A DNA stretch of 64,000 nucleotides from Pseudomonadota bacterium (GCA_018816555.1 JAHIVT010000071.1:898-64897); one strand, 5' to 3'. Positions 55,192 to 64,000 are shown, numbered from the stretch's first letter. Notes: a model not told the origin generated them from the sequence alone. Translations and numbers: made by a program.

Positions 55192-55204
55192 TTTGTCAAT
55201 GTTT

Positions 55205-55225
55205 GGATTGCGGATTGCGGATTGC
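55205..55225. repeat. GGATTGC heptamer x3 microsatellite
   Basis: GGATTGCGGATTGCGGATTGC followed by a partial GGA. The palindrome TGCAAAC-tt-GTTTGCA at 55241-55256 follows. Confidence 0.8.
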
Positions 55226-55285
55226 GGAAGGGCATGATGGTGCAAACTTGTTTGCAAAATGGAATTAATAAGGAATTTATCAATC

Positions 55286-56374
55286 ATGACACAACAGAAA
55301 AAAAGGCTTTCCTTTCTTGATCGTTTTCTCACCTTCTGGATCTTTCTTGCCATGTTTGTCGGCGTGCTGGGCGGCTACCTCTATCCCGGCATCCGTGATG
55401 TCATCAATTCCTTCCAGGTGGGCACCACCAATATTCCCATCGCCATCGGCCTGATCCTCATGATGTATCCGCCCCTGGCCAAGGTGCGCTATGAAAAGCT
55501 GCACGAGGTCTTCCGCAATGGCAAAGTGCTCGTCCTGTCGCTGGTGCAGAACTGGATCATCGGTCCCATCCTCATGTTCGGTCTGGCCATCGCCTTCCTT
55601 TCCGGCCATCATGAGTATATGGTGGGCCTCATTCTCATCGGCCTGGCGCGCTGCATCGCCATGGTCATTGTCTGGAACGATCTGGCCGAGGGCGACCGGG
55701 AATACTGCGCCGGGCTGGTGGCCTTCAATTCCATCTTCCAGGTGCTCTTCTTTTCGCTGTACGCCTGGATTTTTATCACCATTCTGCCCAGATGGCTGGG
55801 CATTGAGGGCGCTGTGGTGGATATCTCCATGGCGGATATTGCCAAATCGGTTTTCATCTATCTGGGTATCCCGTTCATTGCCGGCATACTGACCCGGTTC
55901 ATCGGCGTGAAAGCCAAGGGAGAAACATGGTACCAGGAGAAACTCCTGCCGAAAATCAGTCCGCTAACCCTTATTTTTCTGCTCTTCACCATCCTGGTCA
56001 TGTTTTCGCTCAAGGGTGAGTACATTGTCCAACTGCCGCTCGATGTGGTGCGCATCGCCATCCCGCTCACCATCTATTTTCTGGTGATGTTCCTGGTTTC
56101 TTTTTTCCTGTCGATGAAGGCGGGAGCCACCTATGAACAGTCGGCAACCCTCTCGTTTACCGCTGCCTCCAATAACTTTGAGCTGGCCATCGCCGTGGCC
56201 ATCGCCGTTTTCGGCATCGACTCGGGCCAGGCCTTTGCCGCGGTGATCGGCCCCCTGGTCGAGGTGCCGGTGCTGATCTCGCTGGTCAATGTGGCCTTCT
56301 GGTTCAAGAGAAAATATTTCCCCTTTGCCAAGGAAACCCCTACAGGTATCTGCCATGTGAGCTGCAAGCCATAG
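55286..56374 (+). CDS. acr3: ACR3-family arsenite efflux transporter
   Basis: [20 protein letters not shown]...[18 protein letters not shown]...; 10-TM ACR3 pattern. Confidence 0.9.
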   Translation: MTQQKKRLSFLDRFLTFWIFLAMFVGVLGGYLYPGIRDVINSFQVGTTNIPIAIGLILMMYPPLAKVRYEKLHEVFRNGKVLVLSLVQNWIIGPILMFGLAIAFLSGHHEYMVGLILIGLARCIAMVIVWNDLAEGDREYCAGLVAFNSIFQVLFFSLYAWIFITILPRWLGIEGAVVDISMADIAKSVFIYLGIPFIAGILTRFIGVKAKGETWYQEKLLPKISPLTLIFLLFTILVMFSLKGEYIVQLPLDVVRIAIPLTIYFLVMFLVSFFLSMKAGATYEQSATLSFTAASNNFELAIAVAIAVFGIDSGQAFAAVIGPLVEVPVLISLVNVAFWFKRKYFPFAKETPTGICHVSCKP

Positions 56375-56584
56375 CACGCTGCTCCGTTCCTTGCACCAAA
56401 AGATCTTCCGGGCCGAATGGCTGCCGAAGAGCGCAAACCGCGCTCGTCCTTACCAAATTTGAGCAGAACAATGGACAAACCACTGCCGCCGGTGTAGCCT
56501 GTCATCCGACTGAATATGATCTCTAATGATTTTTTACCATGCTCTTGATACCCACCGATTAGCCACATATTTAAAGAAAAAAAC

Positions 56585-57103
56585 ATGAACTTTGATGAAT
56601 CCATTAAAATATTTGAATTGCTGTCATATATAGTGACAACAATTGGTCTGCCGTTCGCGATTGGTACATTCATTTTCCAGAAAAGGAATGAGCACAAAGC
56701 CGAAGAAGAAAACACATTCCATCAACTGGATGAAAGCTATGTTTCGTTTCTTCAGCTATGTTTGCAACACCCTGATCTGGATATTTTCTGCCCGCCTATT
56801 GGCAATACATACAAACCTACAGAGGAGCAGCTACGAAGAGAGCATGCAGTGTTTGGGATATTAATTTCATTATTCGAGCGAGCTTATTTCATGTTTAGGG
56901 ATAAATCCCCTGAATTTAGACGTTCACAATGGAGGGGCTGGGTTGAGTATATGGAATGTTATAGTTACCGTGCTAACTTTGAAAGAGAATGGAATAAAAT
57001 CGGCAGCCAATTTGACAAGGAGTTTCAAACATTTATGCAAAATTTAGTAGAAAAGACAAAGGCGGCTGACAATGCTGCCGACGCAAAAAAACCGCGCGGC
57101 TGA
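56585..57103 (+). CDS. hypothetical protein with one N-terminal TM helix, low-GC gene
   Basis: ORF of 172 aa. Hand counts of GC on three 60-nt lines gave 27-43%. No motif recognised. Confidence 0.45.
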   Translation: MNFDESIKIFELLSYIVTTIGLPFAIGTFIFQKRNEHKAEEENTFHQLDESYVSFLQLCLQHPDLDIFCPPIGNTYKPTEEQLRREHAVFGILISLFERAYFMFRDKSPEFRRSQWRGWVEYMECYSYRANFEREWNKIGSQFDKEFQTFMQNLVEKTKAADNAADAKKPRG

Positions 57104-57136
57104 TTAGCTGCGTGATCGAATTCTAAGGATGCAGCA

Positions 57137-57529
57137 ATGATAAGAAAAATAAGCAGCGCCTATGTGGGCGGGCTTATCGGCGCCCTGGTGGACAGTTTCA
57201 ATATCTGGATGCTTGGCAAGATCGGCTTTACGGCATTGATCGGTGTGGGCCTGCGCCCGGAATTCAGACCGGCATGGCTCTATCCGCGCCTGGTCTGGGG
57301 CGGTATCTGGGGTCTCCTCCTGCTGCTGCCGATCATGAAAAGCCGTCCCATCCAGCGGGGCATGCTCATGAGTCTTGCCCCGACGGCCATGGTCTACTTC
57401 GTCATGTTCCCTGAGATGGGCAAAGGAACCTTTGGCCTCGGGTTCGGTCTTCTCACCCCGGTTCTGGTCCTGTTCCTGAACTTTATCTGGGGCATCGTGG
57501 CTGCCTCCTGGTACGAACATGGGCGCTGA
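57137..57529 (+). CDS. small four-TM membrane protein, unknown function
   Basis: Hydrophobic segments GGLIGALVDSF..., GGIWGLLLLLPI..., LAPTAMVYFVMF..., LTPVLVLFLNFIWGIVAA. Confidence 0.5.
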   Translation: MIRKISSAYVGGLIGALVDSFNIWMLGKIGFTALIGVGLRPEFRPAWLYPRLVWGGIWGLLLLLPIMKSRPIQRGMLMSLAPTAMVYFVMFPEMGKGTFGLGFGLLTPVLVLFLNFIWGIVAASWYEHGR

Positions 57530-57757
57530 CAGCAGAAAGTCCCATAAAAACGGAGATTTTTTCAATGAGCTTTCCGAACTCCACCCTTCCGTACAGTCTG
57601 CGGAGCACTTTTTTCTCTCGCCTCTCCCTGAAAAGGGAACATTTTTAATGATAATGATTACAAGTTATATATAAGGCGTGTTTTGCCTCCTTCTTGTTGT
57701 CTGACCAAGATGAAATCTTGACCTGCATGTAAAGCACCGGCAACAGACCCATCGGCC

Positions 57758-58333
57758 ATGAAAAAAATATTTTCTTATCCATTCATATTGATCGCCCTCC
57801 TCTCCTTTACGAGCTGCGCCACCAACATTACCAAGCTCAACACCTCGGGCCTGTACACTTACAAAATCAATGCACTGGGGGTGTCAAAAGACATTCAGGC
57901 CGAGACCATCAACACGGCCAACAGTCTCTGCCGGGGCATGAATAAAGATTACAAATTTATCAGAAATATCATTTTACCCAAGTCCGTCATGGGCGTGGAC
58001 ATGATTTCCTATGACCTGATTTTCAGCTGCGTGGAACCGGGCAGCGCACAAATACCACCCCCCTATACCACAAAAGAAAACCAACAGGAGAACCTGAGCA
58101 CTCCGGAGATCATGCCGGGCAGCGAGCAAAATCAGACAACCGCCGAGCCCCCCCCCCCGGAAAAAGAAAAAAAAGTGGCGGTAATCAAAGCCGTCTCTCA
58201 AAAAAACAGAAAACCCGGGGCAACCGGCGACACTCCGGGCCAACCGGAGAGCCTGGGCGGACCACCGCCAAGCAAGGAGCTTGAACTGAAAAAGGATGAG
58301 GGCCACATCATCGAAGAACCGATTCTTGAATAA
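57758..58333 (+). CDS. secreted/lipoprotein with Pro-rich C-terminal half
   Basis: Signal peptide FILIALLSFTSCATN. C-terminal AEPPPPEKEKK...GPPPSKE. Confidence 0.5.
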   Translation: MKKIFSYPFILIALLSFTSCATNITKLNTSGLYTYKINALGVSKDIQAETINTANSLCRGMNKDYKFIRNIILPKSVMGVDMISYDLIFSCVEPGSAQIPPPYTTKENQQENLSTPEIMPGSEQNQTTAEPPPPEKEKKVAVIKAVSQKNRKPGATGDTPGQPESLGGPPPSKELELKKDEGHIIEEPILE

Positions 58334-58360
58334 GAGCTTATTCGTAAATAAGCTCTTATT
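58329..58360 (+). terminator. perfect 14-bp AT-rich hairpin overlapping the stop codon
   Basis: AATAAGAGCTTATT-cgta-AATAAGCTCTTATT. Confidence 0.55.
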
Positions 58361-58622
58361 CAGTATCGCTAATCAGCTTTGCTTGACAACTACCTATCAT
58401 TTTTTCCCCGCAGCATGGACCAACCGACAAAATACCCACACACCCCTGACTGACGCATTCTACTAAAAGCACACAATTTTCCCGAGTTAGACAATATCTT
58501 TTGCTTTTATAGGCAAATATACCTATACTGCTGACAGAGATAAACAACAGGCAGACCGTCTTATCACCATCTGGATGCAGACTTTTCCCCCATGCATCTG
58601 TTGCCTTGTTATGGAGGGTTTT

Positions 58623-60692
58623 GTGAAACCGAATCTGCGCATGAAAGTGATGCTTATACCTCTAGGACTGGTTTTTTTATCAACCGGCCTGCTCATGGCT
58701 ATGGCCATTCTGATACAAAAGCATTTATGGCAGGATATGCTGGGCGAAGCGTCTCTGCCACAGTCGCAACTCTTCCTGGACGGGTTGAGAAATTTTTTGC
58801 AGCACGATGCAATTGAAATCGCCTGTATCCTGTTTTTAATTATTGCCTCAACGTTTATTGCCACCCATTTTCTCATCAATCGTCTTCTGGCAAATTCCCT
58901 CGGAAAAATTGTGGACAACATCCGCTCCATTGCCCATGGCAATTACAATTACTCTTCCCCCCTGGACGAGGCAAAGGAACTGCGTGCCATTGTCAGCGAG
59001 GTCCAGAGACTGGCCCGCAAACTTGAGGAACGGGACATTCGAATCAAGAATGAAATCGCTGAACGCATCCAGACCGAAAAGGAACTGCGCACTGCCAAAG
59101 AGGAATGGGAAAAAACCTTCAATGCCATTAACGATGTTGTTTGTATACAGAATACGGAAATGAAAATTCTGCGGGTCAATCAGGCTGTCACCAAGCTGTT
59201 CAATATTGACCAGAAGGATGTTATTGGGAAATATTGTTATGAAATTTTCCGGGGTGGATTAGGAGTCTGCCCGGGTTGCCCCACCTTGGCTGCTGTTCAG
59301 GATCTGAAAACACACAGAAGCGTCATGCACCATGAGGAGCAGGGTAAAATTTTTGAAGTTTCCGTTTCCCCGGTTGTCAATGAGGAAAACAAACTTGAAG
59401 GCATTGTCCACATCGCCAAAGACATCACGGAGCAGAAGAGGATAGAAACAAGGATAAGCCATTCCCATAAGATGGAGGCCATCGGCACCCTGGCAGGCGG
59501 CATTGCCCATGATTTCAACAATATCCTCTCGGCAATCCTGGGATACGGCGAACTGGCCAAAATGCGGGTTCCGGCAGACAATCCAGCAAGGGAAGATATC
59601 AAAGGGGTTATTCAGGCCGGCCTGCGCGCCAAGGAACTGGTGAATCAGATCCTGGCCTTCAGCCGCAAGACGGATAACTCTCTCATTCCGGTACATATCC
59701 AGTCCGTGGTGAAAGAGGCAATGAAACTCCTCCGGGCGTCAATCCCGACCAACATCGAGTTTCAACTGCGTTTTAACGCCCAGTACTGCAATATTCTGGC
59801 TGACCCCTCCCATGTTCATCAGGTCATTATGAATCTGGGCACCAATGCCTACCATGCCATGCAGGAAAAAGGCGGCATCTTAAGCGTATCACTGAAAAAA
59901 ACCTGTCTCATGAACCATGTCATCCCTGATTTAAAGGCAGGTCTCTATATTGAGCTCGAAATAAGCGATACAGGGCACGGCATTCTCCCTGAAATAAGGG
60001 ATAAGATATTTGATCCCTACTTCACCACAAAAGAGCTGGGCAAGGGAACCGGCCTGGGACTTTCCGTGGTCCACGGTATTGTAAAAAGTTACGGCGGCGC
60101 AATCACGGTTGACAGCCTGGTGGGAAAAGGCAGTATCTTCACAATATATTTCCCGATGGTTGATATGCAGCCTGACGAACAGCGGGGCGTTGATAGGGAG
60201 GAATTTTATCAAACCGGCACGGAGCGGATCATGTTTGTCGAGGATGAAACAGCCATTCTGATGTACAGCAAGAAGACACTGGAGGCTTTCGGTTATCAGG
60301 TTTCCTCATTCACAAACGGCAACGCTGCCTGGCAGGAATTCAGCATTCATCCGGACGATTTTGACCTTGTCATTACCGACATGGCCATGCCGAACATGAC
60401 AGGAATGGAACTCTCCAGGAAAATTCTGAAACTCAGACCCGCCCTACCGATTATTCTGTATACGGGACACAGTGAAAACATTACCAAGGAACAGGCCAGG
60501 GAATATGGTGTCAGCGATTTCCTGATAAAACCTGTTACGCCAAGTGAACTTCTGCAAACTATCCGTAATCTACTGGATAAAAAAACAGCTAAAATCAGTT
60601 TGCGTGGCGAATGGAGCGACAGGCAGAAAGCCACCTTGCCGCTGCAATCCCCCTGCCTTTGCGGCCATGGCCTCCGGGCGCAGGGAAAATAA
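58623..60692 (+). CDS. hybrid sensor histidine kinase (TM - HAMP-like - PAS - HisKA - HATPase_c - REC)
   Basis: H-box LAGGIAHDFNNILSAILGYGEL. GTGLGLSVVHGIVKSYGG. REC FDLVITDMAMPNMTGMEL...ILYTGH. Start is uncertain: GTG 58623 follows GGAGG, and the track start is 58575. Confidence 0.85.
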   Translation: MKPNLRMKVMLIPLGLVFLSTGLLMAMAILIQKHLWQDMLGEASLPQSQLFLDGLRNFLQHDAIEIACILFLIIASTFIATHFLINRLLANSLGKIVDNIRSIAHGNYNYSSPLDEAKELRAIVSEVQRLARKLEERDIRIKNEIAERIQTEKELRTAKEEWEKTFNAINDVVCIQNTEMKILRVNQAVTKLFNIDQKDVIGKYCYEIFRGGLGVCPGCPTLAAVQDLKTHRSVMHHEEQGKIFEVSVSPVVNEENKLEGIVHIAKDITEQKRIETRISHSHKMEAIGTLAGGIAHDFNNILSAILGYGELAKMRVPADNPAREDIKGVIQAGLRAKELVNQILAFSRKTDNSLIPVHIQSVVKEAMKLLRASIPTNIEFQLRFNAQYCNILADPSHVHQVIMNLGTNAYHAMQEKGGILSVSLKKTCLMNHVIPDLKAGLYIELEISDTGHGILPEIRDKIFDPYFTTKELGKGTGLGLSVVHGIVKSYGGAITVDSLVGKGSIFTIYFPMVDMQPDEQRGVDREEFYQTGTERIMFVEDETAILMYSKKTLEAFGYQVSSFTNGNAAWQEFSIHPDDFDLVITDMAMPNMTGMELSRKILKLRPALPIILYTGHSENITKEQAREYGVSDFLIKPVTPSELLQTIRNLLDKKTAKISLRGEWSDRQKATLPLQSPCLCGHGLRAQGK

Positions 60693-60703
60693 AGTGTTGA
60701 ATC

Positions 60704-60769
60704 AGGTGATTAGTCTGTAGGTGTTTAGTCTGTTAGCTAAAAGACTACAGACTATCAACCTAAACACCT
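60704..60769. repeat. tandem 15-nt direct repeat plus downstream complement (alternative hairpins) between convergent genes
   Basis: AGGTGATTAGTCTGT (60704-60718) and AGGTGTTTAGTCTGT (60719-60733). The complement ACAGACTA-tcaacc-TAAACACCT lies at 60747-60769. Confidence 0.5.
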
Positions 60770-60775
60770 AACCTC

Positions 60776-61417
60776 CTACCCCTCTGCCGGAGGACCGAGC
60801 ATGGTGGTAAATCGCTCCATGACCCAGCCGTATTGACCGTTGGGCAACTGCACGTAATACCAACCGGCGGAACCACCATAAATGGTAAGAATCGTCCCCT
60901 GGCGCAATTGAAAAACAACAGGATGCTCTCTGCCCGGGCCGGAGCGCACATTCAGTCTGTTGGCAATGACGGAGACACTGCCATAGATCTGCGGTGGTTG
61001 CGGCTGGACAACAACCTCAGGCGGCGGGGCGACCACCATATATCCCTGGGGAACCTGGCGGTAGTAGGTATCGCCAAAGTTAAAATAGATTCCCCCGCCA
61101 ATGGATACCCGTGAATGTCCCAGAGGCAGACTGGCGACAATGGCGCCCACCGGACCCGAGACCACCACATATCCCCTTGTACCGGGACTGTAAAAAATAC
61201 CATCCCAGAAATAATAAGGTGACCTGCCGACATAAATTGTTCTATGGCCATGGGGCAGCTTGGCAATCACCTGGCCATGTCGGAAGGGAGGCCCCATGTA
61301 CCCCCGTCCCCGTCGGTGATCGGCACTGGCTCCGCCCGCAGGGACAAGTGATAAAAAAAAAACCCCCAGGAGGAGAGCTACGATTTTCTGCCTTGCCGTG
61401 ATATTTTTTTTCTTCAT
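60776..61417 (-). CDS. secreted protein with C-terminal bacterial SH3 domain
   Basis: Signal peptide ALLLGVFFLSLVPAGGASA. Repeated YY/GY motifs. C-terminal LNVRSGPGREHPVVFQLRQGTILTIYGGSAGWYYVQLPNGQYGWV. Confidence 0.6.
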   Translation of the reverse strand: MKKKNITARQKIVALLLGVFFLSLVPAGGASADHRRGRGYMGPPFRHGQVIAKLPHGHRTIYVGRSPYYFWDGIFYSPGTRGYVVVSGPVGAIVASLPLGHSRVSIGGGIYFNFGDTYYRQVPQGYMVVAPPPEVVVQPQPPQIYGSVSVIANRLNVRSGPGREHPVVFQLRQGTILTIYGGSAGWYYVQLPNGQYGWVMERFTTMLGPPAEG

Positions 61418-61590
61418 GGTTTCCTCATCATGTCAGCTGGTTCATTGCACTTTTCATTTTGCAACAGGCTCTAATGTTTGGCCATTATTGACTTAACGCC
61501 ATTGACGATCAAAGAGTTTCATAGCCGGGGAAAATTTCTCCTTTAATTTACCGGCTATCCATGAAGAATGCAATGGACCTGCCCATGGCA

Positions 61591-62406
61591 TTATCCGCCA
61601 TTGAGTGCCAGACTGACCTTTGTCCAGAGCTCGAAAGGTTCAGGACGTTTTCCACCCGGCGGAGGCATGCCTCCGCCCCCACCTGGAAAATCCCCGCCGG
61701 GTCCGCCGCCTCCACTCCCGAATCCTCCCGGACCACGGCCTGTCGGCCTGTTCCCTTTAGACGCTTCACCTGCGGCAAACCCCACCCCGATGGTCTTTAC
61801 CCCGTGTGGTGCCACCACAAAGGGATAACTGGAGTCTTCACAGATCAGGGGGACCTTCACTTCATAGACCAGCAGTCCCTTGGTAACGGACATCCGCAGC
61901 TCAATACCAAGCTTGTCGGCCTCGTCGAGGGACATGATCCGACTGGCTACCGCACTGCCGGGTTGCAGAATTTCCACTTGCTCCTGCGCTTTTTCCAGCA
62001 TGCCGTCCATCTGTTCGTTCACGACTCTTGGCTCTCTCTCCCCGATCTGCTGTGGTGGCATCATCTGTCTGCCCATGGGGTGACGCAGGCCGAACGCCTT
62101 GTTTTTCCCGCCGTTTGCGTCAAACCAGATAGTGCAGCCTTCATGCAGCAATTGTCTCTGCAGGCCGCGATCGCTGGTCGACAACCGGATGTAGAGATTG
62201 CAGAAATCATTGGTCGCACCCAGCAGGACCCTGCTCTCGTCAACATAACAGGAAAGGGCGTTATTCCATTCATTGCCGTTACCGTCAATGGTGATTGTTC
62301 TATCCCGCCAGGCACTTTGAATCTCCTGAGAATTACAGGCGGTCAACACCATAAGCAGCAGGATAGCGGAGCTGAAGAACAGTGAATGTCGAGAACGTAA
62401 TTTCAT
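61591..62406 (-). CDS. lipoprotein with Gly/Pro-rich C-terminal tract, unknown function
   Basis: Lipobox LMVLTACNS. Motif ITIDGNGNEWNNA. C-terminal GRGPGGFGSGGGGPGGDFPGGGGGMPPPGG. The 274-aa plus-strand ORF on the opposite strand looks like antisense noise. Confidence 0.55.
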   Translation of the reverse strand: MKLRSRHSLFFSSAILLLMVLTACNSQEIQSAWRDRTITIDGNGNEWNNALSCYVDESRVLLGATNDFCNLYIRLSTSDRGLQRQLLHEGCTIWFDANGGKNKAFGLRHPMGRQMMPPQQIGEREPRVVNEQMDGMLEKAQEQVEILQPGSAVASRIMSLDEADKLGIELRMSVTKGLLVYEVKVPLICEDSSYPFVVAPHGVKTIGVGFAAGEASKGNRPTGRGPGGFGSGGGGPGGDFPGGGGGMPPPGGKRPEPFELWTKVSLALNGG

Positions 62407-62472
62407 TATTATCTCCTGATCTCCCCTAACCTCTTCTCCGTTTGGGTTGATCTCATCATTACCTCATTTACT

Positions 62473-62880
62473 TCATTCGAATTCCCCAGCAGGAGGAGGC
62501 GGTGGTCTATGTCCGCCCATGGGACCGTGCTGGTTTAACTCCTCTTTTTGTTCATCGCTGAGCACGGTCTGCATCCTGGTGAAGAAATCATCCCTGGCCT
62601 GGTACAGGTCTTTCTGCAGCTGCGCAAACTGCTCTCGGGTCAGGCCGTAGCGGTCCAGAATCTCCACCTCCTGCTGGCTGGCATCATCCATCAGGCTGCG
62701 AATGGTTACGGTCTGCTCCTCGGTCAAATCAAGATCGTGCTGCAGACGCTCCAGGGCCTGCTCCGAAGTAAAATCGCCACCCGGTCCGAAACCAGCCTGG
62801 GCAAAGGCGGTCATGGCAACAAGGCAGACCGCGAGAGCAAATCCCCACCGTAATCTTACAGTCATTATTTTGGTTTTCAT
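62473..62880 (-). CDS. periplasmic LTXXQ-motif (Spy/CpxP-like) protein
   Basis: AGGAGG RBS before ATG 62880. Signal peptide; motifs DLTEEQ, GLTREQ, LSDEQ. Confidence 0.65.
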   Translation of the reverse strand: MKTKIMTVRLRWGFALAVCLVAMTAFAQAGFGPGGDFTSEQALERLQHDLDLTEEQTVTIRSLMDDASQQEVEILDRYGLTREQFAQLQKDLYQARDDFFTRMQTVLSDEQKEELNQHGPMGGHRPPPPPAGEFE

Positions 62881-63139
62881 AAGCCCCTCCTGAAATGAAA
62901 TAAAAATGATGGTTTGGTAAAAAAATCTCGGCACCGTACCTGATGTCGCTTAATCTGCACCTATCACGCACTTCCGGTTGACGAGGGAGTTTTCACGCCT
63001 TCATCACAATTGTCCACCCTTGCCTTCATCTTAACGCCCTTCTGCCATGCCTGCCGTTAAGTTACTGTTAACCCATGTAAAGATTTGTAAGGAGAAAGAG
63101 CTGGCAAAGAAAAAAATCCTCAACCCATATTTTCCCACT

Positions 63140-63155
63140 TGACTAAATTTAGTCA
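63140..63155. promoter_or_regulatory. perfect 16-bp palindrome overlapping a -35-like TTGACT, candidate TetR operator
   Basis: TGACTAAATTTAGTCA. TTGACT at 63139-63144 and TAAATT at 63162-63167 (17-nt spacer). Half-site TAAGTCA repeats at 63167-63173. Confidence 0.5.
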
Positions 63156-63207
63156 TATGTATAAATTAAGTCATACGCTTAAATTTCAACTTCAACAAAT
63201 TGATACC

Positions 63208-63849
63208 ATGGCAACTTACGAAACCAGTGTAAAAACCCAGGAAGCATTGATTAACGCAGCAGGCGAATTGGCGGCTGAGAAGGGATTTGCCTCCGTGTCC
63301 ACCCGGGCCATCGCCGAACTGGCCGGGGAAAATGTCGGCAGCATCCACTACCACTTCGGCAGCAAGGACAAACTTTTTGAAGCCGTGGTGCGGACCGTGG
63401 TGCAGGTCTGGCAGGACAATCCGGTCAGCGAACTGCTCAAACAGTACGACACGGAAACTCCCCAGGGACAGGCCCTGGCCATCCGCGCCATTATCCACCG
63501 CTACATCCGTCTGCTCTTCAAAAGTGAACTGCCGGGGTGGTACTGCCGGGTCGTTTTCCAGGTCATGCAGAGCGCCGGACCTTTGCGGGATATCTTTAAA
63601 AACGAACTGATCAGACCGTCCCATACCGCTGTCAAGGCCCTGTTACAGCGCATCAGGCCGGGCATGGACGATCAAGAGGTGTATCTGCACATTCTGATTA
63701 TGAATACACCGGTATTTTTCCATGCCGACCGCATGGATTTCGTCCTTGCCGAACTAGGTGAAAAGCGGTACAGCGGCGATTATTTACAAAAATTGGAAGA
63801 GATTATCGTGAGGCAGACCCAGTTGGTTCTCGGTCTGCCGCCCAGCTGA
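63208..63849 (+). CDS. TetR/AcrR-family transcriptional regulator
   Basis: HTH GFASVSTRAIAELAGENVGSIHYHFGSKDKLF. First ATG after the palindrome is 63208. Confidence 0.85.
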   Translation: MATYETSVKTQEALINAAGELAAEKGFASVSTRAIAELAGENVGSIHYHFGSKDKLFEAVVRTVVQVWQDNPVSELLKQYDTETPQGQALAIRAIIHRYIRLLFKSELPGWYCRVVFQVMQSAGPLRDIFKNELIRPSHTAVKALLQRIRPGMDDQEVYLHILIMNTPVFFHADRMDFVLAELGEKRYSGDYLQKLEEIIVRQTQLVLGLPPS

Positions 63850-64000
63850 TGATTAAAGGGGACCTTGAAAATGGTTTACAATTCTTTACGGCAGTACCTG
63901 CCGTGCAAATATATAATGGTAAAGCTTCCTGAGCAGTGTTCCACAGACAAAGTATATCGGACAACACATCTTCTCTTTGTTTCCCGGATGCACTGTGAAG

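Noticed and set aside
1-64000. CRISPR arrays, tRNA/rRNA genes, IS elements, integrases, and toxin-antitoxin or known defence-system genes.
   Set aside because: No repeat-spacer periodicity, cloverleaf-like sequence, transposase or integrase motif, or recognisable defence gene was seen on either strand.

Overview
The window looks like a chromosomal segment from an anaerobic, sulfate-reducer-like deltaproteobacterium (Desulfobacterota). That assignment is inferred from gene content only. No rRNA, tRNA, CRISPR array, transposase or integrase was recognised.

Gene content, in order:
1. 1-8.2 kb: a cytoplasmic Hdr/Mvh-type electron-bifurcation operon. It holds a hydrogenase maturation protease, an HTH-HdrD-like protein, a large HdrA, MvhD, MvhG and a NiFeSe MvhA. 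The ORF track breaks four of these genes at in-frame TGA codons. I read these as selenocysteine codons, and each is followed by a stem-loop.
2. 8.3-12.8 kb: a nonaheme c-type cytochrome and a ClC channel.
3. 13.3-24.5 kb: signalling and envelope genes. These are a PG-binding protein, a REC-pseudokinase, two sensors with a heme-c CXXCH domain of the type I recall as DUF3365, a 3xPAS AAA+ activator, CorA and an endolysin-like muramidase.
4. 24.7-29.7 kb: small housekeeping and stress genes, including mscL, wrbA and a frameshifted DUF2703-like gene.
5. 29.8-43.7 kb: an RbbA/YhhJ/HlyD-type ABC exporter, a PAS-HD-GYP protein, a decayed TetR paralogue, a methyltransferase and a TetR-controlled AcrAB/NodT-type RND pump.
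6. 43.8-56.4 kb: a metalloid (arsenic-type) island. It comprises arsR, an arsP-like permease, a small Cys-rich ORF, a second permease, a Trx-like protein, arsC, TolC-MFP-RND translationally coupled to a periplasmic thioredoxin plus CcdA, and a divergent arsR-acr3 pair.
7. 56.5-64 kb: a low-GC hypothetical gene, a hybrid histidine kinase, envelope proteins and a TetR.

The best candidate for something new is an ORF absent from the track (52895-53122, minus strand). It encodes a 75-codon BFD-like Cys-rich protein with an in-frame UGA next to Cys and a SECIS-like hairpin, and it lies inside the metalloid island.

All functional calls come from motif recognition by eye. No database search was run.
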